A stretch of 64,000 nt of DNA. It comes from an uncultured Methanosarcinales archaeon (GTDB taxonomy: Archaea; Halobacteriota; Methanosarcinia; Methanotrichales; Methanotrichaceae). The notes below the pieces were generated by a model that saw nothing but the letters and a program-made list of their open reading frames with translations, was not told the origin of the DNA and made no database searches. A program made the translations under genes and the position numbers. The stretch is taken from positions 50,399 through 114,398 of the forward strand of contig CAWJKV010000006.1 of the NCBI GenBank assembly GCA_963843555.1, written 5' to 3'. Below, one piece after another: positions 1-11,770 of this stretch. Position 1 is the stretch's first letter; each line of letters starts with the position of its first letter.

Positions 1-228
1 AACGAACTCCAAGGCGAAATCGAAGCTATTGGTTTGCACATGTCTGGCCCGCTTGGAGATTATGTACTCGCGATAGCAATCGATCTCGCTCAAACCATCC
101 TCTGGATAGTAAAAGTTGCAGGCATTGGATCTAAGAATCTTACCTGTCAAGGAGCTGTCTTTTAAAAGAGCCGAGATGAGGATGTTGGTATCGACTACAA
201 TCCGTACTTTTTTCTTGTTTCGCTCCAT
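1..228 (-). CDS. PIN-domain (VapC-like) toxin, runs off the window edge
   Basis: Manual translation from ATG 228: MERNKKKVRIVVDTNILISALLKD..., the PIN N-terminal DTN motif; overlaps the upstream small gene. Confidence 0.8.
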   Translation of the reverse strand, partial: MERNKKKVRIVVDTNILISALLKDSSLTGKILRSNACNFYYPEDGLSEIDCYREYIISKRARHVQTNSFDFALEFV

Positions 229-404
229 GCCCGCGCTCTTGCTTCTTCAAGTGCTTCCAGATCTTCCTCACCCAGGGACAGCTCCTCTTTGCATCTCTCA
301 AAGAGCGCCCACTTCAGCTCTTCTTCCTTCACAAGGTTCTCGATCCTCTTCTTTAAGTATGGCGCAGGGAGACCTTCGGGAACCTTGACGATAATTTCAT
401 CCAT
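195..404 (-). CDS. Small antitoxin-like protein
   Basis: 69 aa charged ORF directly upstream of and overlapping a PIN gene. Confidence 0.65.
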   Translation of the reverse strand: MDEIIVKVPEGLPAPYLKKRIENLVKEEELKWALFERCKEELSLGEEDLEALEEARARAWSETRKKYGL

Positions 405-666
405 TCCAATTACTGGGCTATGCCTCTAAGACTATTATAGCTTTCCCAGCCTTTGCCCAAACCTATCCTCTGCTTCCAGAAATCGTCGACTGCCGCATTG
501 CCCCAAGAGGCGGCGTTGGTGCAGCCCGGCAAGGCTTCAGGCAATTTGAATGGTTTTTTAAGAAAAGATATCATCCGCGGTCGAGACCGAGGGGCCGTGC
601 GTCCGCGTAGAAGGAAGCGGACCTGCCACGGGCGAGCGCGGGCGGATGCATTCGGAGGACATGTAT

Positions 667-3302
667 TTACGAGCCCGGGTTAAGTTGCTCCAGCTCCTTG
701 GCCCTGGCGAAGGCAGCATCGGCTTCGGTGGTCCTTCCAAGGGCTTCAAGAGCGAGGCCTTTGCTATACCAGACCAGAGAAAGGTTAGGATCTATTCCGA
801 TGACCTCGTCGTAAGCCTCGATCGATTCATTGTATTTGCCCAGACTATAGAGGGCGAATCCTTTGGCACCCCAGGCTACGGAAAGATTGGGATCCAGAAG
901 AATGGCCTCATCGAAAGCCTCGATGGATTCATTGTATTTGCCTTGTTTACCGAGAGCAATGCCTTTGACAATCCAGGCTGAGGAAAGATTGGGATCGAGC
1001 CTGAGGGCCTCGTCGGAAGCCTCGATGGATTCATTGTATTTGCCTGTTTACCGAGAGCAGTGCCTTTGTTATTCCAGCCATTGCATAGTTGGGATCGAGC
1101 CGGATAGCTTCATCGTTGGCTTCGATAGATTGATTGAATTTGCCCAGGTCATAGAGCGCAAGGCCTTTGTTGTACCAGGCATTGGCATATTGGGGATTGA
1201 TTCTGATGGCTTCATCGTAAGCCTTGATAGCCTCATCGTATTTGCCTAGAACAGTGAAAGCATTGCCTTTGTTGTTCCAGGACTCGGAATTATTGGGATC
1301 AAGCCGTGTGGCTTCATCATAAGCCCTGATAGCCTCATCGTACTTGCCAAGGCCATAAAGATCAATGCCTTTGCCGTTCCAGGCATAGACATAGTTGGGA
1401 TCAAGTCGAATGGCCTCCTCAATCGCTTTGATCGACTTATCATAATTGCCCTGGATGCCGAGTGCATTTCCCTTAATATACCAGGTTGTTGCATCGTTCG
1501 GATCCAGCCGGAGGGCCTCGTCACTCGCCTCGATCGACTCATTGTACTTTCTCTGGTAATAGAGAGCAACGCCTTTGCTATTCCAGGCTGCCGCAAGGTC
1601 TGGATCTAGTCGGATGGCCTCATCATACGCCTTGATAGCCTCATCATACTTGCCTTGGGTACCAAGCACATTGCCCTTATTGCACCAGGCGGCGGCGAGG
1701 TTGGGGTCGAGACGGATGGTCTCGTCATATGCCTTGATAGCTTCATCATACTTCCTCTGGTGATAGAGAGAAGTGCCTTTGTTGCTCCAAGCGGCCGAAA
1801 TTTTGGGATCTAGCCGGATGGCCTCGTTACTCGCCTCGATTGACTCATTGTACTTGCCCTGCTTATCAAGAGCGATGCCTTTGTTAAGCCAGGATGCAGC
1901 AAAGTTGGGATCTAACCGGATAGCCTCATCACATGCCTTGATAGCCTCGTCGTACTTACCCTGGTTATAAAGGGCAAAGCCCTTATTGGACAATGATGCC
2001 GCGAAGTTGGGATTCAGCCTGGTAGCCTCATCGAAAGCCTCGATAGATTGGTTGAATTTGGCCTGGCTAAATAGAGCAAGACCTTTGTTGTTCCAGGCCA
2101 TTGCGAGGTTGGGATCGAGTCGGATGGCTTCATCATAGGCCTCGATAGATTGCTTGAATTTGCTCAGGTTATAGAGAGCATTGCCTTTATTGTTCCAGGC
2201 CATTGCGAGGTTGGGATCCAGTCGGATGGCTTCATCATAGGCCTCGATAGATTGGTTGAATTTGCTCAGGTTATAGAGAGCATTGCCTTTATTGTTCCAG
2301 GCCATTGCGAGGTTGGGATCCAGTCGGATGGCTTCATCATAGGCCTCGATAGATTGGTTGAATTTGCTCAGGTTATAGAGAGCATTGCCTTTATTGTTCC
2401 AGGCCATTGCGAGGTTGGGATCCAGTCGAATGGCTTCATCGTAAGCCTCGATGGATTCGTTGATATTTGCTCAGGTTATGGAGAGCATTGCCTTTATTAT
2501 TCCAGGCACCTGCATAATTTGGGTCTAGTCAGGATGGCCTCATCGTAAGCCTCGATGGATTCGTTGATTCTGCCCAGGTTATCGAGAGCATTGCCTTTAT
2601 TGTTCCAGGCCATTGCGAGGTTGGGATCCAGCCGGATAGCTTCATCATAGGCCTCGATGGATTCGTTGAATTTGCTCAGGTTATGGAGAGCATTGCCCTT
2701 ATTATTCCAGGCACCTGCATAATTTGGGTCTATCAGGATGGCCTCATCGTAAGCCTCGATGGATTCGTTGATTCTGCCCAGGTTATCGAGAGCATTGCCT
2801 TTATTATTCCAGGCCATTGCGAGTTTGGGATCCAGCCGGATAGCTTCATCATAGGCCTCGATAGTTTCGTTGTATTTTGCCCAGATCATAGAGCACAAGG
2901 CCTTTGTTGTACCAAGCCATTAGAATAATTTGGGTCTATTCGGATGGCCTCATCGTAGGCCTCGATGGATTCGTTGAATTTGCTCAAGTTATGGAGAGCA
3001 TTGCCTTTATTATTCCAGTGTAGCATGCACCGTTAGGATCGAGATTTATGGCTTCATTAAATGCCTCGATGGATTCATTGAATTTGCCCAGGGCATAGAG
3101 TGCAACGCCTTTGTCGTTCCAGACTGCTACAAGATTTGGATTCAGCCTGAGGGACTCGTCATATGCCTTGACGGCTTCGTCATACTTGCTCTGGCATATA
3201 AAGTGAAATGCCTTTGTTGAACCAGTCTTCTGATGTCTGCTGACATTGTGCTGACGTCATAAATATCAGCAGAAGGATGAAAACAGCATAGACCAATCTC
3301 AT
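667..3302 (-). CDS. Large secreted TPR-repeat protein, split by several frameshifts
   Basis: Signal peptide MRLVYAVFILLLIFMTSAQC from ATG 3302; more than 20 34-aa repeats (AWNNKGNALYNL..AYDEAIRLDP); ends ...AKELEQLNPGS* at 667; ORFs 1031..2407 and 2497..2898 are pieces of it. Confidence 0.85.
2095..2895. repeat. Near-identical 102-bp tandem repeats encoding TPR units
   Basis: Three almost identical units at 2095-2400, plus a duplicated two-unit block at about 2490-2890. Confidence 0.85.
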
Positions 3303-3718
3303 AAATCCATAGGAAGTATGTACAGAATATATGCCTGTCGGATTTCAAAAAGGAGAGGAGCTGGATTGTGCCTCCTCGACCCAAGCTTGCAGACAATCGT
3401 TAAGGCCCATATTTCGGGGAGCCATCACCTGGGGGGCTGAAAGTTGGCTAGACTGCAAATGTAGAGGTTGAGACGGTTCCACAAAGATTACGGCCGCGGA
3501 CGGCGGGTCCCGCATGCGTGCACGTGGGCTCGGGCGAGCGTGGCAAATGCCGTCAAATCCCAGAGTCCATACTCTCAGAATCGGACCTGTAATTGCCAGG
3601 TTGCCAGTGACACTCTTGCTCCCGCAGCCTCAAAGCATTGGGCCTGAGAAACTATTTATGCATAGAAGACATACAAATACAGTAAAATAGAGAGCTTTAG
3701 ATGCTATGAGGTGGAAAA

Positions 3719-4090
3719 ATGCCAAGTATAGTTCACTTTGAAATACCTGCAGATGATATCTCGCGGGCAAAGACATTCTACTCCAACCTTTTCGGCTGGA
3801 AGATCGAGCCCATGCAGGGAATGGGAACGGGAATGGGAATGGAATACTTGATTATCGATACTTTTGGCGCTCCCGGAGGGGGCATGATGAAGAAAATGCG
3901 CCCTGACCATCAAATCACAAACTACATCGGAGTGCCATCTGTTGACGAATACGCTGCGAAAGTCGAGAAGCTGGGCGGCAAGATCATCGCACCAAAGATG
4001 GCCGTTCCGGCTATGGGCTATTTCGTTGTCTGTATGGACACTGAGAACAATATCTTCGGCATCTGGGAGACGGATCCCAAGGCAAAGTAA
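3719..4090 (+). CDS. VOC/glyoxalase family protein
   Basis: IVHFEIPADD...FYSNLFGW...DTENNIFGIWE motifs. Confidence 0.9.
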   Translation: MPSIVHFEIPADDISRAKTFYSNLFGWKIEPMQGMGTGMGMEYLIIDTFGAPGGGMMKKMRPDHQITNYIGVPSVDEYAAKVEKLGGKIIAPKMAVPAMGYFVVCMDTENNIFGIWETDPKAK

Positions 4091-4322
4091 TAACTCCAGA
4101 ATGTTGGTTTAGCTTCCTCACCTATTTTTCTCCATAGGCGTAGTGCCGATAGGATCCCTTTCTGTTATAGATGGCGGGCAAAAATCCTCTTCTTGTGATT
4201 GCGTCCCAGGATTTAGCATGAAAGATGGATCGCATCGCTTGCTAGGAAGAGGCCAAAGCTGAGGGCTGGTGGCAGTTCTGGCTGCAAGGGATAACGATCT
4301 CAAAAAATAGACGAGAAATGCT

Positions 4323-4556
4323 TCATTCACCCATCCGGAACTCCTGGGGCCATTGCCCATCCTCTTCGTAGCAGGCTTCCTGGGTGCGGACATCCTCAAA
4401 TCGATTCTGGATCATCTCATCCACCTCCGAAAGCCTGATTCCGAAGACCTCCGCCAGGATCGCTTTGGCTGTCTCTAACTCCATGGCCCTCAGATCAGGT
4501 ATTGGCTTCTTCTGTGGCCGCATTAGATGCTCAAGGATTCCTGCCATGATCGACAT
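4323..4556 (-). CDS. Hypothetical small protein
   Basis: 77 aa helical, protein-like composition; SD-like TAGGA upstream. Confidence 0.55.
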   Translation of the reverse strand: MSIMAGILEHLMRPQKKPIPDLRAMELETAKAILAEVFGIRLSEVDEMIQNRFEDVRTQEACYEEDGQWPQEFRMGE

Positions 4557-4861
4557 ATCCTACGTGTAAGGTTAAGTAGTTTTGCCGGAAAAAGATAACA
4601 GGAAAGCATTTTTACATAATAGAAAGTATGAATAAGATACAAATGAAGAAATGAAGATCCCCGGCAGCAAGGCGCGGGGATAGCACAATATGCAAGCACA
4701 ATATGCAAGCAAAATTGAAGACATCTGTTGCCGTATCTGCCTTCACCCGTGCTCGATCTCGTCCGTCTGGGAGAGGAGCTGCGGAAGAAAGCCCTTTGGA
4801 GCACAAATCCAGAAACAGGAAGAACAAGCTCTGCCAAATCCATCAAATGACTCCATCGCCA

Positions 4862-4890
4862 AGTATCCAAGCCCGCCCGGCGTTGAGGGC
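4862..4890 (-). repeat. Dispersed repeat family A (partial copy)
   Basis: GTATCCAAGCCCGCCCGGCGTTGAGGGC is a reverse-complement match to 17252-17279. Confidence 0.7.
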
Positions 4891-5215
4891 AGCCCCGTCT
4901 CGACCGCGCGCAACACCAGCGCGCGGCACCTCACCAGAAGCAACAACAAGAAAAGACGCAAGCGACACCCTGGCCGGAGTCCTTAAAAGCCTTATACCTG
5001 CCCATTCCCATGCGCGCCCGCTCAGACCTGGCAGCAGCTCTGCACCGAGCAGCACGCCGAGATCACAAGCCCCTGGGGATCTGCACAAAATGAAGCGGGC
5101 AATTCATCGTCTATCAGGAAACTTCGGATCTGAAGATAGCAGGCTGCCTGGAATCTCGGGCGTAGAATAATGGACTAAGAGCCACAATTCTTGAAGAATC
5201 AGGCCATTCCGAAAA

Positions 5216-6115
5216 CTAAATCAGAGGCTCCGGCTGCTTCGCCTCCGGCGCCAGCGGCAGGCCCGCCCGGTGCAGGACCAGAGGGCCGGAAAAGTGCAGA
5301 GCCCTATTCAAGATCAGCCGCTTTCCCTCCTGGGTTAGAGCGAAGACGGGAATGGAGATGCCGATCTGCATCTGGGCTCTTTTTCCCACCTCCTCACGGA
5401 CAGCGCGGGAGGCGCAGGACCAGACGAGGTCGCAGCTCTCCGCTAGCGCTCTGGCCTCGCTTTCACTTATGCCGGTGGTATGAACAGCCAGGATGATTGA
5501 ACGAATTCCCAGCTCAGAGTCCCGCTCTTCTGCAGCGCCGTCGGCATCATCTGCCCTGGACCCGGCGATGGTCACTGCAATCTTCTTGTAATCCCGCCGA
5601 TACTGCCATCTCAAATCCTCGAACCTGATCCATGGTCGCCCTGCCGGTCGAGCAGAGATGCAGCCCCTCTTCTCCAGCCCATTCTGTATCTCCTTTATCG
5701 GCTCAGTCTTGACAAGGCCCGTCATATGGGCTCCGATAGCCTGCAACACATCCGGCCTTGTCGCCACGACCGTTCCCGCGCCCTCGCAGACCAGCACCGC
5801 AGCATCTATCAGCCCCTCTTTCATGGCATCCGCCAGGATCTCGGAGGCGCCGAAGCTCACCGGCATTTTCTGCAGCTCCAGAACCCTTTCCGGGCCGTAC
5901 ATGCCCAGCTCCTGCATGTGGCCTTCCAGTACGCGCTGCACAGTCTCGCGGCTCTCCTCCTGGATGCCGTACAGATTGCGCCTCAGCGGGCAGCAGCGAA
6001 CCTGTGGCTCCGTCAGAACCTCGATCTTTCCATCCTTGACCCTGACCAGGGCCTTGGCCATCTCCAGCAGATGCTCGGACATTTGGACCATTCCAGAGAT
6101 AATTTTACCTGGCAA
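5216..6115 (-). CDS. Methanogenesis marker 8 protein (DUF2099)
   Basis: EHLLEMAKALVRV..CPL..GASE..VCEGAGTV..CAS motifs; an internal segment near 5590-5655 looks off-frame between compensating indels. Confidence 0.85.
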   Translation of the reverse strand: MPGKIISGMVQMSEHLLEMAKALVRVKDGKIEVLTEPQVRCCPLRRNLYGIQEESRETVQRVLEGHMQELGMYGPERVLELQKMPVSFGASEILADAMKEGLIDAAVLVCEGAGTVVATRPDVLQAIGAHMTGLVKTEPIKEIQNGLEKRGCISARPAGRPWIRFEDLRWQYRRDYKKIAVTIAGSRADDADGAAEERDSELGIRSIILAVHTTGISESEARALAESCDLVWSCASRAVREEVGKRAQMQIGISIPVFALTQEGKRLILNRALHFSGPLVLHRAGLPLAPEAKQPEPLI

Positions 6116-6324
6116 TCTTGGTATTCGTTGATTTGCAGCGAGGGCACTCTACCCTGTAACCAAAGCCCTTGAAGAGCAGACTACAGTCCAGGCACCTGTA
6201 ATTCTTGGCAAAGACTTCTTCCGTGCTTCCCAGATCCACTCCACAGCCGCAAGTGGCACACATAAAAAAAGAGATGGCCTTTTGATGGTAAATAATTAAT
6301 CTAGAAAAAGAGATGGGCCAGAAT

Positions 6325-7611
6325 TCACACCCTCGGCTCCAGCCTTCTTCTCACCGATTCCGCATGCGCCATCAACCCTTCCGCCTCCGCCAGAGTGGTT
6401 ATGGTATCCTCCAGGCCCAGCAGTCCGTCATCAGTGATCATCTGCACAGTGATCTTCTTGGTGAAGTGGTCCACATTCAGTCCCGAGAACACCCGGGCAT
6501 GGCCGGAGGTGGGAAGCACGTGATTCGTGCCGCTGGCATAGTCGCCTGCGGCTACAGGCGTATACTTTCCCAGGAACACGCTGCCAGCATGGCGGATGGA
6601 TCTCAACACTCCCATAGGATCTTTGGTGATGATCTCCAGATGCTCCGGGGCAAAGGCATTGGAGAAGTCCACAGCCTCATCGATGTCGTTGGCCAGGAGA
6701 ACGGCACTGTGATCCAGGCTCTGCTCTACGATCTCGCTGCGAGCCGCGCCCGGGGCCTGAATCTGCAACTCCTCGGCTACGGCGCTCGCCAGGAGATCAT
6801 CCAGGGATACGAGGACGGAAATGGATTTGGGATCATGCTCTCCCTGGGCGATCATATCTGCAGCTATGACTCCCGGGTCTGCCGTCCGGTCGGCTATGAT
6901 CAGAACTTCGCTCGGGCCCGCCGGAAAGTCGATCTCCACAGTGCCCCTCATAAGCATCTTGGCCGCTGTAACGTAAATATTGCCCGGCCCCACGATCTTA
7001 TCGACTCGCTCTATCGTTTCTGTGCCGAAGGCCATGGCCGCAATGGCCTGAGCGCCGCCGAGCTTATAGATCTCATCGGCACCGGCCATATCTGCGGCGA
7101 CGAGGGTTAATGGTGTTATCGACCCGTCCTTTCCAGGGGGTGTGCATACCACAATCCGTGGAACATCCGCCACCTTGGCAGGTATCACACTCATCAATGC
7201 GGAGCTGGGATACGCAGCCCTGCCGCCCGGCACATAGGCACCCACGGAATCTAAGGGCACTACCTTCTGGCCTACAGAAACCCCTGGAGAGACCTCGTTC
7301 ATCCAGAACTCGTGCTCTTTTTGTTCGCTATGGAAATGAAAGATGTTATCCGCCGCCTCGGCCAGAGCTTCGAGAAGCCTTTCTTCCACCAGATCGTAAG
7401 ACGCATCAATCTCTTCCTGGCTCACACGCAGGTCATCAATCTGTGCCCCTTCGAACAACTCAATATATTTGAAGAGCGCCTCATCTCCTTTCGATCCGAC
7501 ATCCATAATAATATCATTTACTGCGGAAAGGACATCCTGCAATCCCGCATCTCGGGAGAGAAGGGCCCGCAGATCCTCGTCTTTCAGCTCTTCCAGCCGT
7601 TTGATTATCAC
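6325..7611 (-). CDS. hisD: Histidinol dehydrogenase
   Basis: [37 protein letters not shown]; likely GTG start at 7611 behind GGAGG. Confidence 0.96.
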   Translation of the reverse strand: MIIKRLEELKDEDLRALLSRDAGLQDVLSAVNDIIMDVGSKGDEALFKYIELFEGAQIDDLRVSQEEIDASYDLVEERLLEALAEAADNIFHFHSEQKEHEFWMNEVSPGVSVGQKVVPLDSVGAYVPGGRAAYPSSALMSVIPAKVADVPRIVVCTPPGKDGSITPLTLVAADMAGADEIYKLGGAQAIAAMAFGTETIERVDKIVGPGNIYVTAAKMLMRGTVEIDFPAGPSEVLIIADRTADPGVIAADMIAQGEHDPKSISVLVSLDDLLASAVAEELQIQAPGAARSEIVEQSLDHSAVLLANDIDEAVDFSNAFAPEHLEIITKDPMGVLRSIRHAGSVFLGKYTPVAAGDYASGTNHVLPTSGHARVFSGLNVDHFTKKITVQMITDDGLLGLEDTITTLAEAEGLMAHAESVRRRLEPRV

Positions 7612-7690
7612 TTTTAAGACCTCCAATTGCCAAATATTATCAAAAGTTATTTTGCACAATGGAAAATATCGAACAATCTCGATCAATTGA

Positions 7691-9361
7691 TCAGGCAGAA
7701 TTGCTCCTTCCCCGCTGCACCCGGTAAAGGGAGACAACCCTCTCCTGAGTATCTGCCTCCTCCAGAGACTTGTCATCCCTCACAGCGACCAGCCTAGGAA
7801 ACCGCAATGCGTATCCTGAAGAGTAGCTCTGACTCTTTTGTATCTCCTCGTAGGCCACCTCGAAGATCACAGCCGGCTTCAGCTCCACTTCCATGCCCTT
7901 CTGCACCAGGATCAGTTCCCGGAACATCTCTGTCAGGTCCGCCAGGGCTTCGTCTGTCAGTCCTGTGGCCACCCAGCCTATGTCCAGCAGCTTACCAGTG
8001 GCCTGATCCAGGCATCCCAGGCGGTAGGACCCCAAAAAGCTGGCCCTGCGGCCTTCGCCCCATTTTGCGCCTATTACCACCAGGTCTAAAGTCTCCATAA
8101 CCGGCTTGATCTTCAGCCAGTTCTTACCCCTCTTTCCCGGAGCATAAACAGAAGTTGGATTCTTGAGAATCAGCCCCTCATGGCCCGCATCCAGAGCCTG
8201 GCGGTAGATCTTTTCTGCCAACTCCGGGCTGTCGGACAGGATTTGACCCGCCATGATTGAGGGATCGGCGATCTTTTCCAGAAGCGTTCTTCGTTCGGTC
8301 AGGGGCAGATCCACCACACTCTTGCCATCCAAATAGATCAGATCGAATAAGAAAAGGTGGAGAGGAACCTGGAGAGCGAGCTTTTCCACATTGTACTTCC
8401 GGCGAAACCGCTTCAAAATCTCCTGGAAGGCCATGGGTCGGCCGTCTTTGCCGATGGCCACGACTTCACCATCCAGTATGACGCTATCCGCCCTAACTCG
8501 TTTTGCAGTCTGCACGATCTCCGGCAGAGAGTCTGTAACATCCTCCAGGCGGCGGGAGAAGATGCGCACCTTCTCCTTATCTTTATGGATCTGCACACGG
8601 GCGCCGTCGTACTTCCATTCGATGGCGGCAAGGCCCAGCTCCTGCAGAGCACCCTGAATTCCCTCACCAAGCTGGGCCAGCATCACCTTGATGGGATGAT
8701 TGATCATCACACTCAAGTCCGAGAGCGTGCCGCGCTTGCCACTGACCGCCACCAGACCCATATCGTTGGTGAGGTTGAAGGCCTTCTCTACATCGGCTGA
8801 GTTTCTGGCAAAGGCCCTGGCAATAGCATCTCGCACGCCCCCAACACCTATGCCGATCCTCATATCCTCTATGGCCAGACGGGCGATGTACTGTGCCTCC
8901 AACGAATTGGCCTGGCTGAAGAGGAACTGCAGGTTCTTGACTTTGGCACCCTGGCTTCTCTTGCCGGACGCCCTGGCAACCGCCAGTAACCTCTGATAGA
9001 CGTCCTTAATGGATAGTGATTCCTCTTCCACGAAGGCGGCAAAACCGATCGGCTTTCTCTTCTCCACGGCAGCAGCCGCGACAAGACCGGGATCGCCCGT
9101 GGCCCGCAGCATATCCGAGATCTGCTCGATCGAGCAGCCGCAGGCGCGGGCCAGTGCTTCATAAAGGATGCTGGGCCCAACTCCAATAACCAGATCAAGG
9201 CTGGGGGAGAAGAGGGTGCCCATGATGAAGCGGGAAGCGATTGCGAGCTCATCCTCATCAAGGTCCCTCAGGAATGCCGCGACTTGGTCGATCTTCTCCA
9301 GGGAGCCAGACACCCCCTCAACCTTCTGGCAGAGCTCTGCAAATCGTTGGAAGCTGGTCAT
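7691..9361 (-). CDS. lig: ATP-dependent DNA ligase
   Basis: EWKYDGARVQIH, EGLILK, WLKIK, LRFPR. Confidence 0.97.
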   Translation of the reverse strand: MTSFQRFAELCQKVEGVSGSLEKIDQVAAFLRDLDEDELAIASRFIMGTLFSPSLDLVIGVGPSILYEALARACGCSIEQISDMLRATGDPGLVAAAAVEKRKPIGFAAFVEEESLSIKDVYQRLLAVARASGKRSQGAKVKNLQFLFSQANSLEAQYIARLAIEDMRIGIGVGGVRDAIARAFARNSADVEKAFNLTNDMGLVAVSGKRGTLSDLSVMINHPIKVMLAQLGEGIQGALQELGLAAIEWKYDGARVQIHKDKEKVRIFSRRLEDVTDSLPEIVQTAKRVRADSVILDGEVVAIGKDGRPMAFQEILKRFRRKYNVEKLALQVPLHLFLFDLIYLDGKSVVDLPLTERRTLLEKIADPSIMAGQILSDSPELAEKIYRQALDAGHEGLILKNPTSVYAPGKRGKNWLKIKPVMETLDLVVIGAKWGEGRRASFLGSYRLGCLDQATGKLLDIGWVATGLTDEALADLTEMFRELILVQKGMEVELKPAVIFEVAYEEIQKSQSYSSGYALRFPRLVAVRDDKSLEEADTQERVVSLYRVQRGRSNSA

Positions 9362-9370
9362 GCTCTTGAT

Positions 9371-10378
9371 CTAGAATATAGTATCGATGCGCTTTGTCCT
9401 GTAGATGCTTACGATGTCGGTGAGAATGGCCGAAGCCGTCTCGATGGAGCCTGCGCCAAGACCCGATACGGTGATAGTTCCCGACAGATCAGTGTAGATG
9501 GCCGCCGAGTTCAGAGTCCCTGCCACGCAAATGGGGCTGTCCAGCGGCACCAGAGTGGGCCGGACGGTCAGCGCGGGCACGTCTCCTATGAGCTTTATGG
9601 CATAGCCCCTTTTCTTGGCCAGGGCCAGGGCCTCGGGAGTGACGCCGGTGATCCCAGTGACGTCCACATCACTGTATTTGATGTTCATATCGAAGAGCGA
9701 ATTGGCCAGGATGACGACCTTTCCCGCGGTATCCACGCCCTCCACGTCGTAGCTGGGATCGGCCTCCGCAATACCCAGATCCTGGGCCTCGCTCAGGGCA
9801 TGAGTGTAGGGTATTCCCTCCTCTGTCATCCGGGTGAGGATATAGTTGCAGGTGCCGTTGAAGATGCCGCGAATCCCCAGAATGGTGTTGCCCACCAGAG
9901 TGCGTTCCACCAGGCTGATGAGGGGCATGGTGCCGCCTACGGTGGCCTCAAACTTCAGCATGACACCGTTGTCCTCGGCCAGTTTTTTGAGGCTACCGTA
10001 GGAGACAACCAGAGGCCCTTTGTTTGAGGTCACGACATGTTTGCCGCTGGAGAGAGCTGTCTCCATGTGACCCAGGCCGGGTTGACCGTGCACTATGTTT
10101 GTCGGCGTAACCTCTATCATAAGGTCTGAGTCTATGGCGGAAATGGCCTCTTTGCCCTTCATGCCGGAGGTGGCAACGTTTGCCAGGGTCCTTTCGCCCA
10201 AGATCTTATCCGCGTCTACTCCACCTTCAGAGACCACAGTGCCTGTGTGATCTGTGACGCTAATCAGCAACAGGTTCAATCCCATATCCCGGAGCATCTT
10301 CTTCTTGCGGTTCAGGACATCGACCACACCATGGCCGACTATGCCGTAACCCACCAGGGAAACCTTAACATCTCTCAT
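9371..10378 (-). CDS. hom: Homoserine dehydrogenase
   Basis: GYGIVG, VVTSNKGP, FEATVGG, NGTCNYIL, AEADPSYDVEG. Confidence 0.96.
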   Translation of the reverse strand: MRDVKVSLVGYGIVGHGVVDVLNRKKKMLRDMGLNLLLISVTDHTGTVVSEGGVDADKILGERTLANVATSGMKGKEAISAIDSDLMIEVTPTNIVHGQPGLGHMETALSSGKHVVTSNKGPLVVSYGSLKKLAEDNGVMLKFEATVGGTMPLISLVERTLVGNTILGIRGIFNGTCNYILTRMTEEGIPYTHALSEAQDLGIAEADPSYDVEGVDTAGKVVILANSLFDMNIKYSDVDVTGITGVTPEALALAKKRGYAIKLIGDVPALTVRPTLVPLDSPICVAGTLNSAAIYTDLSGTITVSGLGAGSIETASAILTDIVSIYRTKRIDTIF

Positions 10379-10893
10379 ACTGCCTCAGTCTCGATCGGCT
10401 CAATCACAAGCAGCTTCTTCTCTTTTCCTACGTTGCGCAAGATTGTCAAGGCCTTCTGGATCTCTGCCTTGCCGGTGGCGCGAATCTTGAGGTAGGCGGA
10501 GGAAGGCTCACTAACTCCCGGCATGGTCAGGGAAAGGTCCATGACCTCGGCAAAGCCGGTGGTGTCGATCCGGTTTATAGTGTCTCCCAGGTCACTGTCC
10601 AGCACATGGCCCACCAGCACGACAGATACTGCCTCGATGAAGCGGTCCTCGCCCGCCCGCACCACTGAGATGCCGCTCTCCTTGAGCTGCGCCTGGACGG
10701 CCTCGATCTTGGAGCGGTCCATCTCCACAACGAAGCGAACCGGGATCATACCCCGGGGAGTCTTGCGGTCCCTGTGGTGGACCACGCTGATGATGTTGAC
10801 CTTATTATCCCTCAAGGGCTGCATCGCCAGTAGGAGCTGGCCGGGAATATCCTGCAGCTCTAAATCCATGGAAAGTCGCATAGCATTCCTCAT
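10375..10893 (-). CDS. ACT-domain protein (homoserine dehydrogenase regulatory partner)
   Basis: LELQDIPGQL..NIISVVH ACT motif; 4-bp overlap with hom. Confidence 0.85.
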   Translation of the reverse strand: MRNAMRLSMDLELQDIPGQLLLAMQPLRDNKVNIISVVHHRDRKTPRGMIPVRFVVEMDRSKIEAVQAQLKESGISVVRAGEDRFIEAVSVVLVGHVLDSDLGDTINRIDTTGFAEVMDLSLTMPGVSEPSSAYLKIRATGKAEIQKALTILRNVGKEKKLLVIEPIETEAV

Positions 10894-11770
10894 AATTTGC
10901 TGATTTCTCTGGTCTGGTTAAAGGAAATAAACCTTGTGTAGACAGGATCTCTGTGGTCAAGGATTTGCCCGGTCAAATGGATGACGAATCGAGCTTGTTG
11001 GCGCGAGAATAATAGCGGCTTTCTTGTGTCAGAAGATACTTAAAAAATAGCAGCAGATGACGAAATTTGGGATTTGGTTTGTCGGATCAAAACAGCCGCT
11101 TGACGCTCACCGGTTACATTACCGTCGGAGGCCGGTCTTGCGCGGATCCATTAACATACTCCTACATAATTAACATTAAATACCAGTTCTGCGCGGCGGA
11201 TGACGGGGCCCAAAGCCCAGGAGCCCCCTCTGGACCAGGGGAACGCTCTAAACTTCCCGGGCTAATCATGAACGTTCTGCTTCCATGAGATTGTCAAAGG
11301 ATATTGATGCCCCGAGATACTTAGAAGGGAGCTAGAAACAAAAGAGCGATACATCTCCTCTGACGGTTCTCAAGAGACGGGGCCTTTCACTTCACATCTG
11401 TTTATCACAATCGTCTATATCCATCATAAAATCTAAAGTGACCTTCGCAGTCAGGGAGACAATTCCCTCCAGTTTTCCCGAATCTGTCCGCAACAAGACG
11501 GGCCTGTGATAAGAGGCATGAGCTGAATTGAGGTGCCGATGTTGTTTGGATACCCATGACTTCGCCAGGAACAAGCCAATCAAACATTACCAGGAGTTTG
11601 CACCGTTTGGCTGGCCGGGCCGACGACCTCCATCCGTCAGTGATGATGGAATAGAGCTTGAGTGAGAACAGGTCGTATTTCGATTGAGCCTGAAAAAGCA
11701 AGTGAAGCAGAAAAATAATCCCGCAGCAAACTAAAAAACTTAAAGAGAAAGGACCGGGAGACTCCAAGTC

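Noticed and set aside
667..3302. Diversity-generating retroelement target
   Set aside because: No reverse transcriptase and no adenine-specific TR/VR pair seen
4612..5170. Overlapping ORFs and a 13-bp tandem duplication at 4682-4710
   Set aside because: No recognisable protein; looks like decayed sequence around a repeat
7612..7776. N-terminal extension of HisD
   Set aside because: Overlaps lig; an SD and GTG at 7611 fit better
6313..10027. Long antisense ORFs (6313..7110, 9284..10027; similarly 22067..22936, 30723..31355)
   Set aside because: Shadow frames of well-supported genes
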